A DNA stretch of 64,000 nt from a virus (Duplodnaviria > Caudoviricetes): the IMG/VR virus record IMGVR_UViG_3300049306_000006, positions 1 through 64,000 of that record; one strand, 5' to 3'. Both the position numbers and the translations under genes were made by a program. Shown here one piece after another: positions 56,063-64,000 of the stretch (position 1 is its first letter; each line of letters opens with the position of its first letter). Below the pieces are notes generated by a model. That model was not told the origin of the DNA. It did not search any database and was given only the letters and a program-made list of their open reading frames with translations.

Positions 56063-56746
56063 CTACGTCAGCAGGAACGCGCCGCACGCGTCCGGCGGAG
56101 TCGGCGGCGCGGTCGTCGTGATGTTCCACAGGTAGTCGTCTACGTAGTCAGTCGTGTCGATCGCTCCCGGCAGCCACGAGGTTCCCGTTCCTGGCCCGTC
56201 GCCCCACAGCGCGGACGGGTACTTGGTCTCGGCCTCGGCGGACAGCTCGAGCGGACCGTTCTCGATGGTGAACGAGCCAACCTTCGCGTTCCAGACGTGC
56301 GGCCACGCCCAGTAGACGTAGCGCTGCGCGCCCGTCGTCGGGTCGCACGAGCCCGGTCCCGCCAGCGGCTGCCACGTCTCCAGCGAGAAGTGCGCCTCGG
56401 GGTTGTTGTAGCCGTACGCCGCACCGGTTCCGGTGACGGCCGAGGCGAGCAGCAGCCGCGAGCCGAAGATGATGACCGAGGCGTCCGGGTCGAGGACGCA
56501 GAGGTTGATATTCACCGTCGAGTTAACGTAGGCGTTCGGGCCCTTGACGTTGATGCACAGCCGGCCGTTTGCCTTCTTGGTGCGAATCTCGTCGCCGTCC
56601 TCATACTGCGGCTCGGACTCGACGCTGATGTACCCCTCGGTGACTACCACCGCGCTGGACGCGCCGGTGACGGGGCTGCCACACACGTCCAGCTTGACCA
56701 GACGTAGGACGGTGCCCTGGGCAGCGGCCCCACACTGTGCTACCAC
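56063..56746 (-). CDS. major tail protein
   Basis: LRLVKLDVCG, GDEI..KKANG.LC, WGDGP, resembling cluster-B-like tail tube proteins; GGAGG RBS. Confidence 0.8.
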   Translation of the reverse strand: MVAQCGAAAQGTVLRLVKLDVCGSPVTGASSAVVVTEGYISVESEPQYEDGDEIRTKKANGRLCINVKGPNAYVNSTVNINLCVLDPDASVIIFGSRLLLASAVTGTGAAYGYNNPEAHFSLETWQPLAGPGSCDPTTGAQRYVYWAWPHVWNAKVGSFTIENGPLELSAEAETKYPSALWGDGPGTGTSWLPGAIDTTDYVDDYLWNITTTAPPTPPDACGAFLLT

Positions 56747-56759
56747 AACATCCTCCTAC

Positions 56760-57059
56760 CTAACCCGGTGATCCACCAACAAAAGCTATTAAGCTTGGTT
56801 CACCCGTTGATGACTTAGCCCAAAGTTCTTGTCCCGCTGGAAGAACAATATTTACCGCAGGACTATCAGAAGCTTCAGTACCTGGTCCACCGTCAGGTAG
56901 CCGGAAATCAACATCAGATGAGCTAAAGCCGATATAAACGTGCTCAGCAGTGCTAAATGTAAATGAACGTAAGTTTACAACTCGATCAAAATCAGCAGAA
57001 TCGATATATTTTACAGCAGTGGTGCTTACTGCAGTGTCAAAAGTAAAGAAAACACTCAC
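56760..57059 (-). CDS. low-GC small beta protein, possible capsid decoration
   Basis: GTGA-coupled to the pentamer gene; paralogous to 58003..58281. Confidence 0.6.
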   Translation of the reverse strand: MSVFFTFDTAVSTTAVKYIDSADFDRVVNLRSFTFSTAEHVYIGFSSSDVDFRLPDGGPGTEASDSPAVNIVLPAGQELWAKSSTGEPSLIAFVGGSPG

Positions 57060-57982
57060 GGCGCCACCAAAGTCAATCCACGTGCAGAGTCAAATTGTCC
57101 CGAGATAGTTCCACCGAGGCTGACCGGCACCGCGAAGTGACAGCAGTCCCACGCCAGGGTGAAGCGTTGCTCGATGATGTACGTGGCGTCGTTGACGCTG
57201 CGCGTGATGAACTCGCGCGGGCTCGCTGCGATCGGCGTCGGCTCGGACTGGAGCAGCTTGACGGAGCCCGTCGCGTAGAACCAGTAGACTCCGGCCGCCG
57301 GCGCGACTCCGGCCGGTGAGCTGCCCGTGTAGCCGGGCGCGGGAACCACGATCGAGCCGTTCGTCGTCACGAGCCGGGAACCCTTGGCCGTCACCAGGTG
57401 GTTGGCCGCCAGGTGAGCCGTGGCGCCGCGCGGCACGTGAATCAGCGGCGTGCCGCCGTAGCACTCAGCCATCGCCTGCTCGAGGCGACCGATCGCCTCG
57501 ACGACGTCGACCGAGCCGGTAACCAGGACCGTCGCCGCGGTCTGCAGGTTGACCGTCGAGCCGCCGACGACCTCGGTGATAGCGGTGTCCTCGGCCAGGT
57601 GCTGCGACGTGTTGAAGTCGCCGCCTGTCCAGAAGACCCGCTCGACGATCGTCGGAGCGTTGCGGTTGTGCGCCTCCAGCGTCCGGCGAATCAGGCCGTT
57701 GACGCCGTCCTCGACGCCGACCGGGGAGCAGTCCAGCCACGTGTAAACCGCGAACGAGTCCGCCGCCCGGTTCGGAATCGAGCCCGTCGTCTGCTTGGCG
57801 CTGCCGATGCCGGTCAGGCACGCCGTCGAGGTCTGCAGCGGCAGCGTGCAGGCCTCAGGAGTGAACTGGACGCCGAGCTTCTGGTGTCCCCGGTACGGGT
57901 GCGGACCGTCGACGACGTCGGCTAGCCGGTACTGGAGAGGCTGAAAGACCGGCGGTGACACCCAGTCACGCTGGCTTACCAT
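57056..57982 (-). CDS. second capsid protein (pentamer-like)
   Basis: FAVY...CSPVG, VERVFW, AIGRLE, LIHVP, GYTG; follows the major capsid gene as in cluster-B-like phages. Confidence 0.75.
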   Translation of the reverse strand: MVSQRDWVSPPVFQPLQYRLADVVDGPHPYRGHQKLGVQFTPEACTLPLQTSTACLTGIGSAKQTTGSIPNRAADSFAVYTWLDCSPVGVEDGVNGLIRRTLEAHNRNAPTIVERVFWTGGDFNTSQHLAEDTAITEVVGGSTVNLQTAATVLVTGSVDVVEAIGRLEQAMAECYGGTPLIHVPRGATAHLAANHLVTAKGSRLVTTNGSIVVPAPGYTGSSPAGVAPAAGVYWFYATGSVKLLQSEPTPIAASPREFITRSVNDATYIIEQRFTLAWDCCHFAVPVSLGGTISGQFDSARGLTLVAP

Positions 57983-58002
57983 CCGGCTGTCCTCCTCTCC
58001 CT

Positions 58003-58281
58003 CTAAGCTTTAGTGACGACTAGACCGACGGCTGCGGGATTTTGGTTTTGATCGATCCAACCCTGAAGCTCTTCATCGGCGGGAAGTACAAGTGATACGC
58101 CTAGTCCTACGCTTGGACTAGAAAAGCTAATTTTCGCGCTGTTCACGCCGTCGAAGCTCCAGTTCACCGCACCGGGACTACCCGAAACAAAGTGAACTCG
58201 TCGATCAACGTCGCTGTCCGCCGTCACTACCACCTGTGAGGTGGTAGTGACGGTAACAGTTTTGATCTCGTACGCTGACAC
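58003..58281 (-). CDS. low-GC small beta protein, possible capsid decoration
   Basis: Follows the major capsid gene; DVDRRV...LVLPADEEL. Confidence 0.6.
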   Translation of the reverse strand: MSAYEIKTVTVTTTSQVVVTADSDVDRRVHFVSGSPGAVNWSFDGVNSAKISFSSPSVGLGVSLVLPADEELQGWIDQNQNPAAVGLVVTKA

Positions 58282-58285
58282 TCAG

Positions 58286-59995
58286 CTACGCTCCGGCGTC
58301 GACGCAAGCGATGTCCGCGGCACCGGTCTGGCCGGACGGACAGATGGTAACCGTCAAGCGGCGAACCTCGTGCCCCGGCTGGAAGATCAGCCAGCACTCT
58401 TCCATCCACTCCGCGGTGTGGTCGTTCGTCGCGTTGAGGACCGAGTCGCGGATGATGCCGAGGTCGAGCCGCATGCCACGGCCGAGAACGACGGTGCCCG
58501 GCGCGTACATCAGGAACTCGACGGTCGTCGGCCACACGGTCGGAATTGTGGTTGGAACGCCTGGGAAGCCCGCAGTGCGAACCTGGTAATCGTCAACCCA
58601 CTGAATACGGATGTTGGCTGCGTCGAACAACGTCATGAGCTGCGCGTCGGTGTACGCGAGCATATCCGTCGAAGCACCCATGCGACGCCGCAGGTCCGAA
58701 CGCATGACTCCCCGCAGCCAGCGCGGTGCGATAACCTCGATGAGCGCGTCCTCGCACATCGCGTAGCGGTCACGATAGTCGGTCGCCTGAAGCTCCAGCG
58801 AACCGAGAACAGGCGCGACGACGCCATCCGCCGCGGTATTTGTCGCCAGGAAGCCCGCCGACAACGTCCGAATCGCGTCGATGTACAACCGGTTCATCTT
58901 GTGATCGTGAGACTTCATCACCAGGTCGGTGTGATTCGCGATCAGCTCGGGGAAGGCGTCCTCCGTCAGGTTGCCAACCGTCAGGCAGATGCCGTCACAG
59001 CGCAGGCGCTCCTCGTCGAAGGTCGCACACGGCACACGGCCACAGGTCTTGGTGCCCGACTGGCCGGTGCCGGTGACGGCCGCCACGTCCTGCGTCTCGG
59101 TCCACGTCCACAGCGCGCCGCCGAGGACGACGTCGGCGAACGACGGCGAGACCGGCCAGCGGATGCCGCCCCGGTTGATGCCGATTGTCGGCAGGTCGAT
59201 GCGACCCGCGTTGCAGGCGATGTTGAAAAAGTCGTACGAGATCTCGCTCGGCGCGCACCAGCCGCCCGCGGCGACCAGGATGTCCGGGTTGGCCGCGGCT
59301 GTCATGACCTCGTTGAACTCGGCGAGCGACGAGTCCGGTCCGAGCGTAAAGCGGTGCTCGCGCAGCAGCGAGGCGATCGGCACGCGCGGCGCGTCGTTGC
59401 CCCAGCTGGTCACGGGCAGCGTGCGCGCCCGGGTGTGCATCGCCGAGACCAGCTGCTCCATGCCGGACAGCTTCTGGCCGGCGCCGAAGCCGGGAATGTC
59501 GGCGGACGCCGTCATAACCGTCTCGGGACGCGGCTCGGACGTGCTCGGCGCCTGGCGCTGCGCGTCCGCTAGCGACGGGTTCTTAAACTTACCGGCCGGG
59601 CGCGGGTTTGTCGTAGCGCCGCCGGTCTTGCGCGGCTCGTTGGCGGCAGCCACGGGCGTCGGCTCGGGCTTGGCCTCGGGCTCAGGTTCCTCGGCGGGAA
59701 CCTCGTCGTCGTCGGCCTCGGCGTCACCGCCGGTGACTAGCTCGGCCAGCTTGGCGCTGGCCTCAGCCTTACGCTCACCGGCTTCGGTCGCCCGGCGCGT
59801 CTTCTCAGCCTGGACTCGCTCGATTCCTTCGGCGAGCTCGGCCATCTCGTCGGCCTCTTGGACGGCGACGGAGAAGTCTGTCGCCTGGCTCTCGTAGAGC
59901 TGCTTGGCGCGCTTGCGCGCGGCGGTCTCGAACTCGTTCAGCTGCTTCGCACTGAGGGTTGTGATGTCCTCAGGAAGGCTCAGGTTTTCGGACAC
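58286..59995 (-). CDS. major capsid protein (hexamer-like) with N-terminal scaffold-like region
   Basis: LVAAGGWCAPSEISYD, INRGGI, LDLGIIRDSVLNATND; likely start GTG 59995. Confidence 0.9.
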   Translation of the reverse strand: MSENLSLPEDITTLSAKQLNEFETAARKRAKQLYESQATDFSVAVQEADEMAELAEGIERVQAEKTRRATEAGERKAEASAKLAELVTGGDAEADDDEVPAEEPEPEAKPEPTPVAAANEPRKTGGATTNPRPAGKFKNPSLADAQRQAPSTSEPRPETVMTASADIPGFGAGQKLSGMEQLVSAMHTRARTLPVTSWGNDAPRVPIASLLREHRFTLGPDSSLAEFNEVMTAAANPDILVAAGGWCAPSEISYDFFNIACNAGRIDLPTIGINRGGIRWPVSPSFADVVLGGALWTWTETQDVAAVTGTGQSGTKTCGRVPCATFDEERLRCDGICLTVGNLTEDAFPELIANHTDLVMKSHDHKMNRLYIDAIRTLSAGFLATNTAADGVVAPVLGSLELQATDYRDRYAMCEDALIEVIAPRWLRGVMRSDLRRRMGASTDMLAYTDAQLMTLFDAANIRIQWVDDYQVRTAGFPGVPTTIPTVWPTTVEFLMYAPGTVVLGRGMRLDLGIIRDSVLNATNDHTAEWMEECWLIFQPGHEVRRLTVTICPSGQTGAADIACVDAGA

Positions 59996-60105
59996 AGAAC
60001 ACAACCCTCTCGTGATGTCCGGTTCTAACCTGGCCCGTTAAGATCCGTTTGATTCGGAATACTACTTGTTACCGTGTCGCTTGAGCAAACAGGCGCCGCC
60101 GCGAC

Positions 60106-60276
60106 TCAGCGATAGCGTGAGTTCTCGGCCGCCGCTATGGCCGACTGGACGTACGTCTCGGCCTCCCGGACGGCGTCCGCCTCAGCCCGCGCCAGCGAGG
60201 CGCGTGCCGCCTCGGCGTCCTGCGCGGCCTGGACGCTGGTTACCTGGTCCGCACGCTTACGTCCGCAACCACACAT
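60106..60276 (-). CDS. small MCGCG-start head protein
   Basis: Hand translation MCGCGRKRADQV...SRYR, 56 aa, GGAG RBS; absent from the ORF track. Confidence 0.7.
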   Translation of the reverse strand: MCGCGRKRADQVTSVQAAQDAEAARASLARAEADAVREAETYVQSAIAAAENSRYR

Positions 60277-60303
60277 CAGCTTCTCCGTTTCTGTCTTTAT
60301 CTC

Positions 60304-63300
60304 TCAGACTAGTTCGAGCTGCCTAGCCAGCTCACGCTTGCTGGTCGCTGGATCGACGCCGAGCCGGCTAGCTAGCTCACGCTTGCGTCCCAGCGGGTCG
60401 ATTCCGAGCTGACGCGCCAAGCTAGCCTTGGCTAGCATCACGAACTCCAGCGCCGCGTGAGCGTCCGGGCGTGCCGGACGTACGTGCTGACCGACGTACT
60501 CGATGGGCAGCGCCGCCGCGGACAGGACGCCGTCGCTGTACGAGGCTGACGGCCGCGAGCGTGCCAGCGGAAAGCCGGGAACCGGTACCACGTGAGCCGC
60601 GATGAACTCGCGAACTCCCGGCCGGTCCGGGTGCGGTTGCACGTCCAGCGACAGGCTACAGCCCAGCGCCTGCGCCACCTGCGCCGGATCCGCGCCGGGA
60701 TTCAGCGCTCCCGCCACCCAGATGTCGCCGCCGCGCGTGTAGCCGACGCGCACGTTGGCGAGCACCGAGCACGAGTTGTCGTAGTGCTCACGCCGCTGGT
60801 CCAGCGTGCCGTAGTTCTGCGTCAGCGCGTGCCCACAGTTGGCTGTGATGACTCCGGTCACCACGCGACCGCCTCCGCGAACGATCGTCTCGGCCTTGTG
60901 AAACCGTGAGAAGTCGACGTTGCGCGGTACCTTGGTCTTGACGCTGCGGTGCGTGACGTTCGCCGGCGCGACCAGGCCGTAGAGCCGACCCTCGTCCGTT
61001 ATGGTTAGCGCCCCGGACAGCTCGACGTCCGTCGGCTCGCTGAACCAGTGCGCCGACGGCACGTTCGGAATCGTGATCGTGTGTGTCGAGTCATCCTCAG
61101 CGGACGCGACGACTATCGCCGTCTCGTCGGTTTCACAGCCGCAGTCGTGTACCGACGCGACGGTCGGTTGCCTCTCGTAGTCTTTCTTACGCATTACCTC
61201 TTTCTGCGAGATTCTCTTAGTCTCGTCAAAGTTGTTCTTACCTTGGCGAAACACGGTAACTGTACCGTCATCGTGAATCTCTTGGATGACCCACGGCAAG
61301 CCACGCTGTTCAGCCGGCACGTTACGCTCGACGTCTGGGCTTACGTACACGTGTTCGTGGGCTATGAAGCGTACGCCACGAGAGTCGACGAACCCTGCCA
61401 CGCTCGAGGGACCCTTTATCGAAGGATTTAGGTCCTCGAGTCCTCCTCCATCAACTGAGTTACCGTGACTCTTCTGGTTGTGTGTTCCGTGAGCCACGAG
61501 AACGTCGTCCGCAACGTCGACGTCGGTTCGCTGACCACCGCAGCCGCAGTCCTCGAACTTGGCTGCCTCGACGACTCCCTCGCCCTGGCTGATCTCGGCC
61601 AGCGCGCCGGTAAAGCGCAGCTTGGCCTCGACGAACGCGGGGAAAGCGACCAGCGTGGCGCCGCGAATCCGGCCCCGGTGGAAGATCGTCGTCTCGGGCT
61701 TGGCGAACGGGTTGCCGCCCGCGCCGGGCTCAGCCTCGTCGTCGTTGAAGACTAGCTCGACGTCGGCGTCCTTGACCTTGTCAACGTCGACGGAGACTCC
61801 GCCGACCTTCATCGTGTTGCGAATTCCGTCACCGTGCTCGCCGCCGAGCGCCGTGCCGAAGACGTGGCCCCAGCCGTAGACCTGGTTGCCGCGGCGCGCG
61901 GCGTGCGCGATCTCACCGACGGTGAACGAGCCCGAGTGCCCACCCGTGTTCGCCGGCTGGTAGAGCAGCGGCAGCGGCAGCTGCGCCCAGTCCAGGCTTC
62001 CGAGCGCGAAGATGCGACCGTCACCGGACTCGGCACCCTCGACGACCAGCGTACCCTCCCAGGGCTCGTCGGCGTACTCCGTCGTAGGTGACTTCGACTT
62101 ATCACCGTCGCTTGACATCTCGTCGTCAGACATGCAGGAGCCGTCCGACATCTTGTGCTGGCCGGAAGGACACTTCTTCTTACCTGCCGCCGCGGTCACA
62201 ATCTTTCGCGTCGAGTCAACTCTCGGCGCTGAGGTGTTACCAGGCGCCACGGAGCGCCGGTCCGCCTCGTCCTCGTCGACGTCGTCCTCGTCATAGTAGT
62301 TCGAGGTCCGCTGGCCGACGCCGCGCTCATACTCGGCGCTGCCTGACCTCGGATTGATCTTGCGAGAGCTGGTCGGCTTGCCGCCGCTGCCGAGGCTCTT
62401 GATCGTCTCAGCGAGGTCAGCCTTCGTGACGTTCTTCAGCCCACCGAGCTTCTTCAGCTCCGCGGCGCTCGGGTTTCCGTGGCTACTCTGGTCGTGCGTG
62501 CCGTGAAACTCCTCGAGCGTGTCGCTCGTTGCGCTCACCTGAGCCTCGACGCTGAACGGGTACACCAGCGCCGCGGCCTCCTCGCGCTTACCGCTCGCCG
62601 ACCAGTTACCGGGAATCCGGTCACTCGCCTCGAGGGCACGCGCCCGCTTGATGATGTGTCGTCGAATCTTGTCGTGCGGTGCCGAGCCGCGTCCGACGGC
62701 GCGGATCGCCTTGTCCAGGTCGGCCAGTCCGTGGTGCTCCTGGTCGCGGATCGGGTACGAGCCGTCCGGCAGCGCCCAGCCGCGCTCGGCTGCGATCCGG
62801 CGCGCCGCGGCGTTCAGGTTGCCGGCGTCCGGCGTCTCCAGGTTGGCCTCAGCGGCGTCGTCATTGGGTGTCGCAGCGAAGGCTGTGCTCGTGCTCGTGC
62901 TCATACTAGGCTCCAGGATGCTGCTTGCTACCAGCTCAGCGACGACGTCGCTGAGCTCAACGAGCTCACCGGAGCTCGGAACGCCCTTCTCGGCGGGCCA
63001 CTCGCCCGTGGCAGCCTTGTGGTACTCGGCGCACAGGCCCTGCGGGTTTCTGACGTACTTGCCGAGGTTGCGGACGCACCTGTCGAACGAGCCGTCTGTC
63101 CCCCAGCGGATCTTGATCGCGCCGGGTCCGCGCGTCCAGTACTTCAGCAGGTCGTGGCCACCGGGTCCTGGGATGTTGACGTCACGCTCGCGCGCGGCGC
63201 GAATGACCAGGTTGAGCTCTCGCGCGTCCAGCGATCCAGTGCTCTCCGGTGTGGTGCTCTCTGGCGCTGCTGCGCCCTCTCGCACCGAAGCGTTCGGCTC

Positions 63301-63435
63301 GGCGGCGTACAGCGCGCGCAGCTGCGCTCGGGCCTGCGCCTGTGTCTCGTGACACGCGACGGTCTCGCCGTCGGCCTTCTTCACGACGCAGTACTTGTCA
63401 CCCGACTTACGGACCTTCCACGGCACTCTGGACAC
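60304..63435 (-). CDS. capsid maturation protease, multi-domain
   Basis: WEGTLVVEG.ESGDGRIF, GVSVD.D, RIRGATLV.FPAF; extra modules YWTRGPGAIKIRWG and ALPDGSYPI. Confidence 0.8.
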   Translation of the reverse strand: MSRVPWKVRKSGDKYCVVKKADGETVACHETQAQARAQLRALYAAEPNASVREGAAAPESTTPESTGSLDARELNLVIRAARERDVNIPGPGGHDLLKYWTRGPGAIKIRWGTDGSFDRCVRNLGKYVRNPQGLCAEYHKAATGEWPAEKGVPSSGELVELSDVVAELVASSILEPSMSTSTSTAFAATPNDDAAEANLETPDAGNLNAAARRIAAERGWALPDGSYPIRDQEHHGLADLDKAIRAVGRGSAPHDKIRRHIIKRARALEASDRIPGNWSASGKREEAAALVYPFSVEAQVSATSDTLEEFHGTHDQSSHGNPSAAELKKLGGLKNVTKADLAETIKSLGSGGKPTSSRKINPRSGSAEYERGVGQRTSNYYDEDDVDEDEADRRSVAPGNTSAPRVDSTRKIVTAAAGKKKCPSGQHKMSDGSCMSDDEMSSDGDKSKSPTTEYADEPWEGTLVVEGAESGDGRIFALGSLDWAQLPLPLLYQPANTGGHSGSFTVGEIAHAARRGNQVYGWGHVFGTALGGEHGDGIRNTMKVGGVSVDVDKVKDADVELVFNDDEAEPGAGGNPFAKPETTIFHRGRIRGATLVAFPAFVEAKLRFTGALAEISQGEGVVEAAKFEDCGCGGQRTDVDVADDVLVAHGTHNQKSHGNSVDGGGLEDLNPSIKGPSSVAGFVDSRGVRFIAHEHVYVSPDVERNVPAEQRGLPWVIQEIHDDGTVTVFRQGKNNFDETKRISQKEVMRKKDYERQPTVASVHDCGCETDETAIVVASAEDDSTHTITIPNVPSAHWFSEPTDVELSGALTITDEGRLYGLVAPANVTHRSVKTKVPRNVDFSRFHKAETIVRGGGRVVTGVITANCGHALTQNYGTLDQRREHYDNSCSVLANVRVGYTRGGDIWVAGALNPGADPAQVAQALGCSLSLDVQPHPDRPGVREFIAAHVVPVPGFPLARSRPSASYSDGVLSAAALPIEYVGQHVRPARPDAHAALEFVMLAKASLARQLGIDPLGRKRELASRLGVDPATSKRELARQLELV

Positions 63436-63478
63436 CTCCCGGTGTTGACGACTACGCTATCACCAAGCGGTGAAACTG

Positions 63479-63655
63479 CTACTCTTCACCGTCTTCGTAG
63501 TCGCTGTCGTAGTCACTGTCACCGTCATAGTCACTGTCACCGTCGTAGTCGACGAGCTCGTCTTCGCCGACGAAGACTAAGTCGTCACTAGTCCACACGT
63601 TTTTCTCCGCCGCTGTGATTGTTTCAGCGTCGTCTACGTCTCTGTCCAGGCTCAC
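63479..63655 (-). CDS. small acidic protein (58 aa)
   Basis: GTGA-coupled to the ART gene; MSLDRDVDDAE...DYDGDSDYDGDSDYDSDYEDGEE. Confidence 0.65.
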   Translation of the reverse strand: MSLDRDVDDAETITAAEKNVWTSDDLVFVGEDELVDYDGDSDYDGDSDYDSDYEDGEE

Positions 63656-64000
63656 TTCTTTTTTCCCTTCACAGGTGACGGACTCAGCTCAGCGTAGACC
63701 TGCACCTCACCGTTCACGTACTCGGTCTTTAAGATGTTAAACGTCGAGTCTGAGCCGAAAACGAACTCACCGTAGCCGACGTCGGCCCCGGGCGTTCCCG
63801 CTGGCACATTGACGTGAAACATCGTTTTGATCATACCAGGGATGTAGGACGCACGCGTGTCCGCGTAGAAGTCCGCCGTTCCCCTGTCCTCGTCCGTCGA
63901 GATGATTCCCGGGTCGGTGAGGCGCGCTCCGGGGCGAAGCTTCATAATCAGCTCAGGTGGCAGCACCGCGCCGCGGTAGACGACCGAGTCGTTGGTGACC
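63652..64000 (-). CDS. C-terminal ADP-ribosyltransferase (VIP2-like) domain of a gene starting beyond the window
   Basis: VVYRG, TDPGIIST, GYGEFVF match the R-S-E ART motifs; located in the head-gene block. Confidence 0.7.
   Translation of the reverse strand, partial: VTNDSVVYRGAVLPPELIMKLRPGARLTDPGIISTDEDRGTADFYADTRASYIPGMIKTMFHVNVPAGTPGADVGYGEFVFGSDSTFNILKTEYVNGEVQVYAELSPSPVKGKKK

Noticed and set aside
58241-59897. 443-aa and 308-aa plus-strand ORFs
   Set aside because: Antisense shadows of the major capsid gene
1-64000. Stop-codon (TAG) recoding
   Set aside because: TAG is common, but all conserved genes are full length in the standard code and no suppressor tRNA was seen
1-64000. Integrase, reverse transcriptase/DGR, transposase, intein or tRNA
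   Set aside because: No recognisable motifs in the translated ORFs or intergenic gaps; a tRNAscan run was not possible

Overview
High-GC actinobacteriophage (siphovirus-like) DNA, probably most of a circularly permuted genome of about 70 kb. No integrase, repressor, tRNA, rRNA or CRISPR array is visible. Minus strand, right to left: tail end of an ADP-ribosyltransferase-domain gene, a multi-domain capsid maturation protease, two capsid proteins (mycobacteriophage cluster-B-like hexamer/pentamer pair), tail genes with a probable -1 frameshift chaperone, tape measure and minor tail proteins, then a 6.4-kb block of six glycosyltransferases, an NDP-sugar C-methyltransferase, a SAM methyltransferase and a HIT protein. 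Further left on the minus strand: prim-pol, D5/P4-type helicase, an AT-rich iteron-like origin, a small terminase subunit and about 7 kb of small genes. Plus strand (12.4-37.9 kb): PolA, RuvC-like resolvase, SNF2 helicase, Cas4-like nuclease, AAA ATPase and SSB. Interleaved with these is a probable cytosine hypermodification pathway (dNMP kinase-UDG-like fusion, Asp-type thymidylate synthase homologue, deaminase, GT-B transferase, NTP transferase, dCTPase-like enzyme, divergent C5 methyltransferase). The plus strand also carries three stand-alone DUF397 genes, a HicA-like fusion next to a highly structured non-coding RNA candidate, lysis genes, terminator-promoter cassettes, DUF932 and WhiB. 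All functional calls come from motif recognition by eye; no database searches were run.
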